Shown here piece after piece: positions 50,446 through 60,781 of a stretch of DNA of 64,000 nucleotides (position 1 is its first letter; each line of letters begins with the position of its first letter). The notes below the pieces were generated by a model that did not search any database, was not told where the DNA came from, and worked only from the letters and a program-made list of their open reading frames with translations. The translations under genes were made by a program, and so were the position numbers. This DNA comes from Nitrospirota bacterium (GTDB lineage: Bacteria; Nitrospirota; Thermodesulfovibrionia; Thermodesulfovibrionales; Dissulfurispiraceae): assembly GCA_963710375.1 (NCBI GenBank), contig CAVPZX010000002.1:128001-192000 (forward strand), in the 5' to 3' direction.

Positions 50446-51399
50446 TTAAGTCTTGATATCGACGTACGCCTTATCGCGCAATCCCCTTGACCAGTTTTTG
50501 AGTGCATCATAGAATTTTTCACTGAGCAGTTTGTCACGTATCGCGTCGCGTATTTCCTTCTCGGACTTGAATACTCTTGCTTCGTTTACCTTGATAATGT
50601 ATATCCCGTCGCTTCTCCAGAACGGCTCGCTTATATCGCCGGGCTTAATGTTTAAACATACCTTCAAAAATTCCTTGGACATATCACATCGCCGAATAAA
50701 ACCGAGGTCTCCGCCGCCCTGCGCATTAGGGTCATCGGAATACCGCCTGGCAAGTTCTGCAAAGCCCTCGCCGGCTTGCAGTTTTTTATAGATCTCCCAC
50801 GCCTTCTGTTCCAAAAGTTTGTCATCGCCGGTCTTCTTAAGGAGTATGTGGCTTATATCAAAACCCTCCAGGTCTTTTTCGGCATCTTTATGCGCGGCAA
50901 GGTAGGCGTCGATATCTTGTTCAGTTACAAGAATTTTATTCCTGACTTCCTGATCGATCACCCGGCTCACGGTTATCTGCTCCCGGAGTTTCTTCTTATA
51001 TGTTTCAAGAGTCAAACCGTCTTTCTTGATTGTTTCGTTAAACATCTCGTCGGTCATGGAGTATTTGCTTTTTATATTTTTGACAGCGGTCGCCACTTCA
51101 GCATCGGTGGTAGTTATCCCTTGTTTTTCCGCCTCTTGCAATTGCAGTTTCACATCGATCAGGTTCTCCAGAAAAGATGCTTCATTCTGCTTGAAAAAAC
51201 GCCGCCTGTCATCACCATTCATCGACCTTACCTGATCACTTGCGTCAAACTCCATCTCCCGGTACAAATCGCTCCAGGTTATAACGTCTTTGTTCACAAT
51301 AGCCACCACCCGGTCAAGCAATATCGCGCTTTCAGCAACAGATGCAAAACCGGCGATAATTATACATGCGGTCACTAAAACTTTTTTAAACATTATCAT
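50446..51399 (-). CDS. surA: SurA-like periplasmic peptidyl-prolyl isomerase/chaperone
   Basis: LDRVVAIVN, SHILL, FAELARRYS, GGDLG; GGAGG RBS before ATG 51399. Confidence 0.8.
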   Translation of the reverse strand: MIMFKKVLVTACIIIAGFASVAESAILLDRVVAIVNKDVITWSDLYREMEFDASDQVRSMNGDDRRRFFKQNEASFLENLIDVKLQLQEAEKQGITTTDAEVATAVKNIKSKYSMTDEMFNETIKKDGLTLETYKKKLREQITVSRVIDQEVRNKILVTEQDIDAYLAAHKDAEKDLEGFDISHILLKKTGDDKLLEQKAWEIYKKLQAGEGFAELARRYSDDPNAQGGGDLGFIRRCDMSKEFLKVCLNIKPGDISEPFWRSDGIYIIKVNEARVFKSEKEIRDAIRDKLLSEKFYDALKNWSRGLRDKAYVDIKT

Positions 51400-51414
51400 G
51401 CCTCCATTCATAAA

Positions 51415-51493
51415 CAGGTAAAGGTAGAGGTAGAGGGACAAACTTTTACTTTTACTCTTTTGTTGTCTGTACCTCTACCTCTGCCTTTACCTG
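51415..51493. repeat. Tandem-inverted hexamer repeat (AGGTAR variant)
   Basis: aggtaaaggtagaggtagagg ... cctctacctctgcctttacct. Confidence 0.8.
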
Positions 51494-51505
51494 AGCCTTT
51501 ATATT

Positions 51506-52516
51506 TTAGCATATTCTCGGCAGATGCTCCCCGGTAAGCATATCTATAATACGTGTCCCCCCAATGGTTGTTTTGAGGAGCACCCGGCCGTGATCGCGGC
51601 TTTCAGCGCAGCAGATTTCACCGATTACCGATGATCCTGAGCCAAGCGGGTGTTCTTTCATTTTCTCAATAAGCAGCCCGGAGTCTTCGGGCCGAGCTAT
51701 GACAATAAGTATCCCTTCGTTTGCGACATAAAGAGGATCAAGCCCCAACAGCTCACAGGCGCCCCTTACCCCTTCCGGCACAGGCAGGGATTGCTCGTTT
51801 ATGGATATACAATACGGCAATTCCATTGCGATTTCTTTCAGGGTCGTTGCAACTCCGCCCCTTGTCGGATCCCTCATCATGCATATGGAACCCGATACGC
51901 CAAACATCTCTTCAACAAGACCGTTCAGTGCCGCGGTATCGCTTATCACCGGCGGATCAAATGCAAGCCCGTTCCGCTCAGCCATAACCGCAATGCCGTG
52001 GTTTCCAATGGGGCCGCTGACAATCACCTTATCTCCCTCTCTGATACGGTGCGGGCCAAGCTCCCTGCCTGGAGGGACAATACCGATCCCTGATGTATTG
52101 ATAAATAGCCCATCGCCCTTGCCTTTATCAACAACCTTAGTATCGCCGGCAACAATACGGACACCGGCCTTTTCAGCTGCCTTTGCCATTGATACGATGA
52201 CGCGCCTCAAATCATCGACAGCAAAACCCTCTTCGATAATAAAACCTGTGGTGATATAGAGGGGTTTTGATCCTACCATCGAGAGATCATTCACAGTCCC
52301 GTTGATTGCAAGTTCTCCTATATTGCCTCCGGGGAAAAACAACGGAGACACAACATAGGAATCTGTTGTAAAAGCAAGCCGCTGTCCGCTGAAGCCATAT
52401 TCAACAACCGCTGCGTCAGCCAGCGCGCCAAGGTGAAATTCAGGCGCAAAAAACTCACTGATCAACTGATGCATAAGTTTCCCGCCGCTTCCGTGTCCGA
52501 GGAGAATGCGTTCCAT
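51506..52516 (-). CDS. hypE: Hydrogenase maturation carbamoyl dehydratase HypE
   Basis: HGSGG, TTDSYVV, GDTKVV, RDPTRGG, C-terminal LPRIC. Confidence 0.95.
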   Translation of the reverse strand: MERILLGHGSGGKLMHQLISEFFAPEFHLGALADAAVVEYGFSGQRLAFTTDSYVVSPLFFPGGNIGELAINGTVNDLSMVGSKPLYITTGFIIEEGFAVDDLRRVIVSMAKAAEKAGVRIVAGDTKVVDKGKGDGLFINTSGIGIVPPGRELGPHRIREGDKVIVSGPIGNHGIAVMAERNGLAFDPPVISDTAALNGLVEEMFGVSGSICMMRDPTRGGVATTLKEIAMELPYCISINEQSLPVPEGVRGACELLGLDPLYVANEGILIVIARPEDSGLLIEKMKEHPLGSGSSVIGEICCAESRDHGRVLLKTTIGGTRIIDMLTGEHLPRIC

Positions 52517-52517
52517 C

Positions 52518-53594
52518 TTATCGCTCTACCAAAGGACTGACTTCTATCGGTTCCTGCGCCGCACTTTCCCTGGAAGGACCAAGTGCGGTGATGTAATACA
52601 ACGTTTTGGAAGTCACAGGGTCGTTATCTTTGAATGTAGGTGTGACGGCCTCGCCAATAATGCTGAAGCTGCTTTCCGAGGCACGCTTTCGATAAACACG
52701 ATACAGTTTCACCCATGACTCCGGATTCTCGTTCCACATAAGCACAACTCCCTTCGGGGCATAAACATATTTCAAGCCAGAAGGCTTCGACGGCACAAAG
52801 GTCCCAGGGTCCACATCGAGCACTTCGGATGGAAATCCTTCGTCTTTAATACCGGTATCAAGGAGTGATGTCACCTTATAGTATAAATGCGATCCGGTTT
52901 CTACCTTGTCCATAAATAAGGGCTCGCTGAGTGCGGCCTTGTTTAAAGTCACTGCCTGGAATACATCTTTCTTGTTGCTCCTGTATATATTATATTTAAC
53001 TTTTCCGGGCAGTTTGTCCCATCTAATCTCCACCGCATAGTTTTTTATCTTAAAGAATAATCCCTGAGGGGACGGTGGGAGTTCTGCTGGAACGACCTTT
53101 ACGACCGGGGACGGATCGCTTATGATATTTCTGACACTGTATACCCGTATCTTATAAAAATACGGCCTGCCGGCCTCAAAATCCTTGTCTGTATAATGAT
53201 TCACAGTCCCTGGAAGAAAAACAAGTTCCCTGAATTCCCCAGGCTTATTGTCCCCTCCAGCCACGGCTTTCTCAATATAGAAACCTTTGATAAGTTCCTG
53301 CATATCCTGGGATACTGAATAAGACCACGAAAGCAGCATAGAATTCTCACGGTGTACCACAGTAATTGCGTTTACAGGAGGAGGCTTAACAAACGTAATA
53401 AACGTCGGCTCTCCCTTTTTCCCACATGCCACAAGCACCAGCACCGCCAGCAGAAAAAAAGCGGTTTTGTAAAAAGCTCCAGAGGCAAGGCGCGCAAATC
53501 CCGAGGAGTGAGGTGTACTTGTTCGTACTCCGCAGCGACGAAGGATGAAGCGCAACGCAGCATATGGACTTTTTACAAAACCGCCGCGTTTCAT
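52518..53594 (-). CDS. Fibronectin type III-domain lipoprotein with a palindromic insertion in its signal peptide
   Basis: Lipobox VLVAC-GKKG, three FN3-like repeats; ATG overlaps the argH stop. Confidence 0.8.
   Translation of the reverse strand: MKRGGFVKSPYAALRFILRRCGVRTSTPHSSGFARLASGAFYKTAFFLLAVLVLVACGKKGEPTFITFVKPPPVNAITVVHRENSMLLSWSYSVSQDMQELIKGFYIEKAVAGGDNKPGEFRELVFLPGTVNHYTDKDFEAGRPYFYKIRVYSVRNIISDPSPVVKVVPAELPPSPQGLFFKIKNYAVEIRWDKLPGKVKYNIYRSNKKDVFQAVTLNKAALSEPLFMDKVETGSHLYYKVTSLLDTGIKDEGFPSEVLDVDPGTFVPSKPSGLKYVYAPKGVVLMWNENPESWVKLYRVYRKRASESSFSIIGEAVTPTFKDNDPVTSKTLYYITALGPSRESAAQEPIEVSPLVER
53461..53584. mobile_element. 124-bp palindromic/MITE-like element within the CDS
   Basis: Perfect 16-bp terminal inverted repeat GCGGTTTTGTAAAAAG / CTTTTTACAAAACCGC. 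Confidence 0.8.
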
Positions 53595-54964
53595 TTGAGT
53601 TGTTTCCTGAATCTTCTGATCTGCGCCCTGACTGCAGCGGGCGACGTGCCTCCATATGACTTTTTGGCATTGACCGATGCAGCTGCGCTGATGACATCGT
53701 AGACATCTTCTTCTATATTCCTGGAAAAAGATTGGTACGTAGCTATATCCAGATCATGAAGTGTTCTTCCGTTATCTATGCAGAAACGGACGATCCTGCC
53801 GGTGATTCCGTGGGCAGTCCTGAAAGGCAGGCCCTTGCTGACAAGGTATTCGGCAATGTCGGTAGCTGTGGAAAATCCAGCGTCACTGCTGTTTTCGAGT
53901 CTCTCCCTGAGGAAAGTTATATTTTTTAACATTTCCGGAAGGATAGCGAGGGTAGCCGTAACTGTGTCAGCCGTATCGAAAAGAGGCTCCTTATCTTCTT
54001 GCATGTCCCTGTTGTATGTCAGTGGGAGGCCTTTCATAGTGGTAAGAAGATTCATGAGATTGCCGTAGACCCTGCCGGTCTTGCCCCGCATCAGCTCAGC
54101 AACATCGGGATTCTTTTTCTGAGGCATGATGCTGGACCCGGTGGCAAAAGCATCGGACAGCTCGATAAAGCCGAACTCTTCGGATGCCCATAGGATAATC
54201 TCTTCAGCCATTCTGGAAACATGCATCATGAGCAGCGCAGAACAGGAAAGGAACTCAAGCACAAAATCCCTGTCAGAAACAGTGTCCATGCTGTTGTCTG
54301 AAACAGCGTCGAACTTCAGCAACGAAGCTACGTACTGCCTGTCAACGCGCAACGAGGTGCCGGCAAGGGCGCATGAACCGAGCGGCAGAACATTTGTCCG
54401 CTTCAGTGAATCAACAAATCGCATGCGGTCGCGCTGAAACATCTGGGCATAGGCCATAAGATGGTGGGAAAGGAGCACCGGCTGCGCCCTTTGAGTGTGT
54501 GTATACCCGGGCATAATCAGTCCGAGACTGCTTTCAGCCAAGTCGGCGAGCACTGTCTCAAGATTTCTGAGCAGTGCCGATATTCCCTCAATCGAGGCCC
54601 TGACATAGAGCCTTAGATCGAGGGTCACCTGGTCGTTACGCGAACGGGCCGTATGCAGCATACCGCCGGCGTCGCCAATTTTTCTGATAAGGGCGGCCTC
54701 GATATTCATATGAATATCTTCAAGTTCGGGGTTGAACCTGAACTTGCCCTCTTCTATTTCCCGGTAAATATCTTTCAGGCCTCTGATAATACTGTCGGCG
54801 TCCCGTTTCGGAATAATACCCTGTTTCGACAGCATCTTTGCATGAGCGATACTGCCTTCGATATCGTATTTCCAGAGCCTCTTATCAAACGATATCGACT
54901 CTGTATAGTTCTCTACGCTTTTAGAAGTTTTTCCAGTGAACCTTCCAGCCCAGGGTTTTTTCAT
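53591..54964 (-). CDS. argH: Argininosuccinate lyase
   Basis: EDIHMNIE, HTARSRNDQ, GSSIMPQKKNPD. Confidence 0.97.
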   Translation of the reverse strand: MKKPWAGRFTGKTSKSVENYTESISFDKRLWKYDIEGSIAHAKMLSKQGIIPKRDADSIIRGLKDIYREIEEGKFRFNPELEDIHMNIEAALIRKIGDAGGMLHTARSRNDQVTLDLRLYVRASIEGISALLRNLETVLADLAESSLGLIMPGYTHTQRAQPVLLSHHLMAYAQMFQRDRMRFVDSLKRTNVLPLGSCALAGTSLRVDRQYVASLLKFDAVSDNSMDTVSDRDFVLEFLSCSALLMMHVSRMAEEIILWASEEFGFIELSDAFATGSSIMPQKKNPDVAELMRGKTGRVYGNLMNLLTTMKGLPLTYNRDMQEDKEPLFDTADTVTATLAILPEMLKNITFLRERLENSSDAGFSTATDIAEYLVSKGLPFRTAHGITGRIVRFCIDNGRTLHDLDIATYQSFSRNIEEDVYDVISAAASVNAKKSYGGTSPAAVRAQIRRFRKQLK

Positions 54965-54967
54965 GGT

Positions 54968-57064
54968 CTACTGGTGCTCTTCAGCCTTAAGTTTCTGTCG
55001 CTCAGTTATGATCTTCTGAGTAATATGAGAGGGCGATTCCTCATAATGGGAGAATTCCATCGAATAGAGCCCCCTTCCTGAAGTGATGCTCTGGAGCTGG
55101 TTCGCATAGGTCAGCATCTCCGCCATAGGCACAAGGGCGTTGATCTTCTGGTTTCCGCCTGCCTGCGGCTCGACGCCCTGGACCTTTCCGCGCCTGGTAT
55201 TCAGATCTCCGATAACCGTACCGAGAGTATCTTCGGGAACGGTAACTTCAACCTTCATAATGGGTTCGAGAAGAACAGGCTTCGCATCCTGTACCACTTT
55301 CTTAAACGCCATTGAGCCGGCTATCTTGAAGGCCATTTCAGAAGAGTCTACGGAATGGTAAGTGCCGTCATATAAGGTGGCCCTTACATCAACCATCTGG
55401 TATCCTGCAATGACACCCTCATGCATAGCCTCGACAATTCCTTTTTCGACTGCGCCCCTGTATTGCTGGGGAATGACGCCGCCGACAATCCTATCGACGA
55501 ACTCGTACCCCCCTCCCCTCGGCAGCGGTTCCAATTCAATCCAGCAGTCGCCGTACTGCCCCCGCCCCCCGGACTGTTTTTTATACCTGCCCTGCCCCTT
55601 GGCAAAAGCCCGTATCGTCTCCCTGTAAGGTATCTTCGGCGTCTTCATTGCCACCTCGACTCCGAACTTCCTCTTCAGTTTATCGAGTGCAACCTCAAGG
55701 TGCACCTGCCCCATGCCGGATAGAATCATCTCCTTGGATTCATCATCGCGGCTGAAACGCAGGGTTGGGTCCTCTTCAAGAAGCCTGTTTAAGCCTATGC
55801 TGACCTTTTCTTCATCACCTTTGGTTTTGGGTGCTATTGCATATGAAATAAGCGGCTCCGCGAACTTGACCTGCTCAAGCACAAGCGGATGGTGCTCCTC
55901 ACATAATGTATCGCCAACATTGGTGTCTTTTAATTTTACTACAGCAGCTATTTCCCCAGGCCCCACCGCCTGTGTCGGAACATGCTTCTTTCCCTGCAGG
56001 TAAAAAACCTGGCCTATTCTTTCCTTGGAGCCGGTCTGTGCGTTCAGGACTGTCGAGTCCGCTTTCAGCACGCCTGAATAAACCCTGAATATGGACATTT
56101 TGCCGGCATAGGGGTCTGCAACTGTCTTGAAGACATATGCAGTAAGCGGATCTGTCTCGACCGGTTTTCTTTCCACCTCTTTGCCGTCTTTGGGATTTTT
56201 GCCCCTGACGGGTGAAATCCTGCTCATATCCTCAGGGGAGGGCAGGCAGAGCAGCATAGCATCGAGGAGTTGGCTTGCTCCAATATTGAGAGTTGCCGAA
56301 CCGCATATGACCGGGATAAACCTTCTCGTCATAGATCCCTCACGGACACCTTTCATGATTTCTTCATTGGTGAGCTCAGTTCCTTCCAGGTATCTTTCCA
56401 GGAGTGCATCGTCAGATTCCGCAATCTTTTCGACAAGCTTCTTCCTGTACTCGCTGGCGCTGCCCTGCAAAGAAGAAGGTATCTCGGCTTCCGATACTTT
56501 GCCGTTTTCAGCAACATATGCCTTCATCGTTATGAGATCAACTATTCCCTTGAATCCCTCTCCCTCACCTATAGGGATATAAAGCGGAAGAGCCTCTGAT
56601 TCAAAAGACTTCTCAAGCTCACCTACCGCCATGAAGAAATTTGCCGTTTCCTTGTCGAGCTTATTGACGAAGACCACTCGCGGCACTTCGAATTCGCAGG
56701 CGTACTTCCATATCTTTTCGGTTTCCGCTTTCACTCCTGAAATAGCGCTTACGATAACGACAGCCCCGTCGGATACCCTGAGACTGCCTCTAGTGTCTTC
56801 TATAAAGTTTATAAACCCCGGAGTATCGATCAGATTGATTCGTGTGTTTTTCCAGTCGCAATAGGCAATGGCCGATACAACGCTTATTTTCCTCGCAATC
56901 TCTTCGGGCTCGCAGTCGGTCGTCGTATTTCCGGCCTCCACGTTCCCAATCCTGTCCAGGACTCCTGCGTTAAACAGAATAGACTCGGTCAATGAGGTCT
57001 TACCGGCGCCGCTGTGAGCGATAATTGCTACGTTCCTTATTTGTCCAGCGCTCAATTTTGACAT
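54968..57064 (-). CDS. Elongation factor G paralogue (EF-G2-like)
   Basis: AHSGAGKTS, DTPGF, NKLD, KKQSGGRGQYG, YHSVDSSEMAF; not in a str operon. Confidence 0.9.
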   Translation of the reverse strand: MSKLSAGQIRNVAIIAHSGAGKTSLTESILFNAGVLDRIGNVEAGNTTTDCEPEEIARKISVVSAIAYCDWKNTRINLIDTPGFINFIEDTRGSLRVSDGAVVIVSAISGVKAETEKIWKYACEFEVPRVVFVNKLDKETANFFMAVGELEKSFESEALPLYIPIGEGEGFKGIVDLITMKAYVAENGKVSEAEIPSSLQGSASEYRKKLVEKIAESDDALLERYLEGTELTNEEIMKGVREGSMTRRFIPVICGSATLNIGASQLLDAMLLCLPSPEDMSRISPVRGKNPKDGKEVERKPVETDPLTAYVFKTVADPYAGKMSIFRVYSGVLKADSTVLNAQTGSKERIGQVFYLQGKKHVPTQAVGPGEIAAVVKLKDTNVGDTLCEEHHPLVLEQVKFAEPLISYAIAPKTKGDEEKVSIGLNRLLEEDPTLRFSRDDESKEMILSGMGQVHLEVALDKLKRKFGVEVAMKTPKIPYRETIRAFAKGQGRYKKQSGGRGQYGDCWIELEPLPRGGGYEFVDRIVGGVIPQQYRGAVEKGIVEAMHEGVIAGYQMVDVRATLYDGTYHSVDSSEMAFKIAGSMAFKKVVQDAKPVLLEPIMKVEVTVPEDTLGTVIGDLNTRRGKVQGVEPQAGGNQKINALVPMAEMLTYANQLQSITSGRGLYSMEFSHYEESPSHITQKIITERQKLKAEEHQ

Positions 57065-57066
57065 AA

Positions 57067-57510
57067 CTACCCCCTGTTTATGATTTCTTCTATTATTGGC
57101 GTAAATTCTTTTTTGAGTTCAAATATATTTGACCAGAGTTTAATGACAAGAAACGTAATGATAAGAAAGCCAAACCCAGTGCCGGCAGACAGTATATCGG
57201 GATCAGCCCCGGGGAAAAACCTGCCCAGATATTCCTTTCCCAAAACCGCTCCGACAATTAGCATTAAAGAGGGAAGGCCATATACAAGCATAGTGCCCTT
57301 AAGATAATTTGAGGACTTGAAAACCACTTTCACGGTATCCCCGGCCCGTGCACCGACATGATTATACGCCTCCATTAAGGCCTCGCCCGCTCCCAGTGTC
57401 TGGCACAGGGTTGCTCCCGGGCAGGAACCACAGGAACCCTGCTTCTGCACAGAAATTATTGCCTTTATTCCATTGATTTCCTTTACAATGCCGATTTCTT
57501 CCATGACCAT
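57067..57510 (-). CDS. RseC/MucC family protein
   Basis: EEIGIV, CGSC...C, YGLP, two TM helices. Confidence 0.85.
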   Translation of the reverse strand: MVMEEIGIVKEINGIKAIISVQKQGSCGSCPGATLCQTLGAGEALMEAYNHVGARAGDTVKVVFKSSNYLKGTMLVYGLPSLMLIVGAVLGKEYLGRFFPGADPDILSAGTGFGFLIITFLVIKLWSNIFELKKEFTPIIEEIINRG

Positions 57511-57645
57511 TTATCCTACTATATATGCCATTGTTCAGTAAACCTTACCCACTGGCTGTTGTTGACAAATGCAATTTCGTATGTTATTTTTTTCTAAAAA
57601 GCGAAACCCTTACAGAAAAAATGGCTTGTATGCCTCCGGAGCGAA

Positions 57646-57960
57646 ATGAAATATCAGAGTCTGGAAGACTATATTGCAACCTTGTCCGAGCGCGAAAAAG
57701 AACAATATAAATTTCTCTTAGAAGAGTGCAGGCAACGAGACAGCGCAATAAAAAAGAACTTTGACGCTTTGAAACAAAACATCGGAGCCCTGTCCGAAAG
57801 CCAGGATAGCGGTGTGAAAGCAATCGGTGCATTGAGAATACAGGTTAGGGAGCTCAAGACAAATATGCTGAGATTACATTTGAGATATACCAAAGCTGTT
57901 TTCTTTTTGGAGCTGCGTGACAGAAAAATACCGCAGCATTATCCAACATCATTCAATTAA
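57646..57960 (+). CDS. Hypothetical protein
   Basis: 104-aa ORF with a GGAG RBS, filling the gap between minus-strand genes. Confidence 0.6.
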   Translation: MKYQSLEDYIATLSEREKEQYKFLLEECRQRDSAIKKNFDALKQNIGALSESQDSGVKAIGALRIQVRELKTNMLRLHLRYTKAVFFLELRDRKIPQHYPTSFN

Positions 57961-57981
57961 GGGCTCGCAAGCCCCATGCCT

Positions 57982-59550
57982 CTATTCTTTTTCCTTTAGC
58001 AATTTATAATCAATGCTGTCTACAAGAGCCTGCCATGATGCCTCAATGATATTTTCAGAAACGCCGACAGTCCCCCATCTGTGCAATTCGTCGCCCGATT
58101 CAACAAGGACCCTCACCCGCGCAGAGGTGCCCTTTCCGGCAGTAAGGACCCGCACTTTATAATCGTGCAATTTAACAGTTTTCAACTCGGGGTAAAATTT
58201 TTCGAGCGCCTTTCGCAGGGCGCTGTCAAGGGCATTGACCGGACCGTTGCCTGCTGCAGCAGTGTGCTCGATGCTCTTGCCGACCTTCAGCATAATGGTT
58301 GCCTCGCTGAACGGCAGCTCAGTCTCCTTTCTCTTCTCGTCAATGACCCTGAACCCGATAAGATCAAAGAACCTCCGGTGGAGCCCAAGCGCTTTTTTCA
58401 GCAATAGCTCAAAGGACGCCTCAGCGCCCTCAAACTGGAAACCCTGATGCTCCAGGTCCTTGAGCGAATCAAGAATGCCCTGCACTTCCGGGGAATTGGC
58501 TTCCAGGTGTATATTGAATTCTTCGGCTTTCCTTAAAATGTTGCTCCTGCCTGCGAGGTCCGATATCAGGATCCTTTGAGAATTGCCCACCAGTTCGGGA
58601 CTGATATGCTCATAGGTTTCAGCCCTCTTTCTGATGGCGCTGACATGGATGCCTCCTTTATGGGCAAAGGCACTGTCACCGACAAAAGGCTGCCTCTTAA
58701 AGTGCCTCATATTGGCTATCTCGTTAACAAACCGCGATACGTCGCGCAGTTTCTTCAATCGTTCATCCGAAAGGCAGGAATACCCAAGTTTCAACTGGAG
58801 GTTGGGAATTATCGAGCAAAGATTGGCATTGCCGCAGCGTTCGCCGATGCCATTGATAGTGCCCTGCACCTGCACTGCGCCTCTTTCAACGGAAATAACC
58901 GAATTTGCAACAGCGCAATCGGAATCATTGTGGGCATGAATGCCAAGGGGCGCCTTAATTTTTTTGCTCACCGCCTGGATGATATGACTTACCTCCTGGG
59001 GAAGTGTGCCGCCGTTGGTATCACAGAGCACAAGACAGTCGGCGCCTGCGGCCTGCGCTGCTTCAAGACACTTCAGCGCAAAGACTGGATTATCTTTATA
59101 TCCGTTAAAGAAGTGCTCGGCGTCAAAGAAAACCTTTTCGGTCTGATTCTTCAGAAAGCGGACCGAGTTATGGATAATATCAAGGTTTTCTTCAAGGGAA
59201 ATCCGCAAGGCCTCTGTTACATGGAAATCCCAGGTCTTACCAAAAATAGTAATGACTTTAACCTTTGCTTCAACTAGCGCCTTTAAGTTCTGGTCATCCT
59301 GGACGTGGTGTTTCGGGTTGTGTGTGCTGCCAAAGGCCGCTACCATCGATTGAGCAAGCGGGAGTTTTCTCACCTTCTTGAAATAGTCGGCATCCCTGGG
59401 GTTGGAGCCGGGCCATCCTCCTTCGATATAATGAATGCCGATCTCGTCCAGCTTCTCGGTAATCCTCAGTTTATCCTCAACGGACAGAGAAATATCCTCA
59501 GACTGTGTGCCGTCTCTGAGCGTAGTGTCATAAATCTCTATCTTGCGCAT
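57982..59550 (-). CDS. cimA: Citramalate synthase
   Basis: YDTTLRDGTQ, EGGWPGSNP, HAHND, GERCGNAN, FAHKGGIH; AAGGAGG RBS before ATG 59550. Confidence 0.9.
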   Translation of the reverse strand: MRKIEIYDTTLRDGTQSEDISLSVEDKLRITEKLDEIGIHYIEGGWPGSNPRDADYFKKVRKLPLAQSMVAAFGSTHNPKHHVQDDQNLKALVEAKVKVITIFGKTWDFHVTEALRISLEENLDIIHNSVRFLKNQTEKVFFDAEHFFNGYKDNPVFALKCLEAAQAAGADCLVLCDTNGGTLPQEVSHIIQAVSKKIKAPLGIHAHNDSDCAVANSVISVERGAVQVQGTINGIGERCGNANLCSIIPNLQLKLGYSCLSDERLKKLRDVSRFVNEIANMRHFKRQPFVGDSAFAHKGGIHVSAIRKRAETYEHISPELVGNSQRILISDLAGRSNILRKAEEFNIHLEANSPEVQGILDSLKDLEHQGFQFEGAEASFELLLKKALGLHRRFFDLIGFRVIDEKRKETELPFSEATIMLKVGKSIEHTAAAGNGPVNALDSALRKALEKFYPELKTVKLHDYKVRVLTAGKGTSARVRVLVESGDELHRWGTVGVSENIIEASWQALVDSIDYKLLKEKE

Positions 59551-59560
59551 AGACGCCTCC

Positions 59561-60781
59561 TTACCCGCTTTCTGCCAGGCCAAAGGCTTCATGAAGCACC
59601 CTGACGGCAAGTTCGGTATATTTCAGGTTGATAATGCAAGAAACTTTTATTTCAGAAGTGCTGATCATGATAATGTTTATGCCCTGTTTCGCAAGGGTTT
59701 CGAACATCTGTGCAGCAACGCCGGAATGGGTCCTCATGCCGACGCCGACAATGGAAATCTTGGAGATGTCATCTCTCAGCGTCACCACTTTTGCGCCGAT
59801 TTCCTTTGCAATCTCCTCTGTCAGCTTAAGAGCCTTTTTACTGTCTGTCCTCGGCAGAGTGAAAGAGATATCGGCGTCCCTTCCATCGCTGCTCACGTTC
59901 TGTACAATCATATCGACCACTATGCCCGCATCAGCAATCCTTTTAAATATTGTGGCAGCGACTCCCGGCTTGTCAGGGACTCCCGTAACCGTAATTTTTG
60001 TCTGATTTTTATCGTATGCGACCCCTGACACCACAACCTTTTCCATATCCTCATCCTCCTTGGTCACCAAAGTGCCCTGGTTGTCGTTGAAGCTCGACCG
60101 CACGACCACAGGCACCTCATATTTCATGGCGAATTCGACCGATCGCGTCTGCAGCACTTTTGCGCCAAGACTTGCAAGCTCCAGCATCTCCTCAAAGGAG
60201 ATCTTGTCCAGCTTTCTGGCATCAGGAACAATGTTCGGATCAGTGGTGTAGACACCATCGACATCAGTATAAATTTCGCATATGTCAGCATTCAATGCAG
60301 AGGCTATCGCCACTGCAGAGAGATCAGACCCTCCCCGCCCGAGAGTGGTCACGTCCTCAGTCTCAGTTATACCCTGGAAACCGGCAATCACCAGAATGTA
60401 ATTCTCTGAAAGCGCCTTTTTCGCCCGTTCAGAGGCGATTTTCTCTATCTTCGCCCTCATGTGGACCTTGTCCGTAATGATGCCCATTTGCCTGCCGGTA
60501 AACGCCATTGCCTTGTACCCCAGCTCTTCTATGGCCATGGCAGTGAGCGCACTGGTGACCCGTTCCCCAGAGGAAAGAAGCAGGTCCATTTCACGCTCGT
60601 TCGGATTTAATGAAACCTGATGGGCCAGCTCAATGAGTTTGTCAGTTTCTCCGGACATTGCGGAAACAACGACAACGACCTTGTTGCCTTCCTTCGCCGA
60701 CTTTACCACTCGCTCGGCAACTGCCTTGATCCTCTCGGTATTTGCAACGGACGTGCCGCCGTATTTCTGAACGATGAGCAT
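59561..60781 (-). CDS. lysC: Aspartate kinase
   Basis: [17 protein letters not shown], two ACT domains. Confidence 0.95.
   Translation of the reverse strand: MLIVQKYGGTSVANTERIKAVAERVVKSAKEGNKVVVVVSAMSGETDKLIELAHQVSLNPNEREMDLLLSSGERVTSALTAMAIEELGYKAMAFTGRQMGIITDKVHMRAKIEKIASERAKKALSENYILVIAGFQGITETEDVTTLGRGGSDLSAVAIASALNADICEIYTDVDGVYTTDPNIVPDARKLDKISFEEMLELASLGAKVLQTRSVEFAMKYEVPVVVRSSFNDNQGTLVTKEDEDMEKVVVSGVAYDKNQTKITVTGVPDKPGVAATIFKRIADAGIVVDMIVQNVSSDGRDADISFTLPRTDSKKALKLTEEIAKEIGAKVVTLRDDISKISIVGVGMRTHSGVAAQMFETLAKQGINIIMISTSEIKVSCIINLKYTELAVRVLHEAFGLAESG

Noticed and set aside
51400..51441. N-terminal extension MSLYLYLYLF of SurA
   Set aside because: Translation of the hexamer repeat; the real start follows a GGAGG RBS at 51399
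57961..57974. GGGCT-CGCA-AGCCC hairpin as a terminator
   Set aside because: Only a 5-bp stem and no U-tract on either strand
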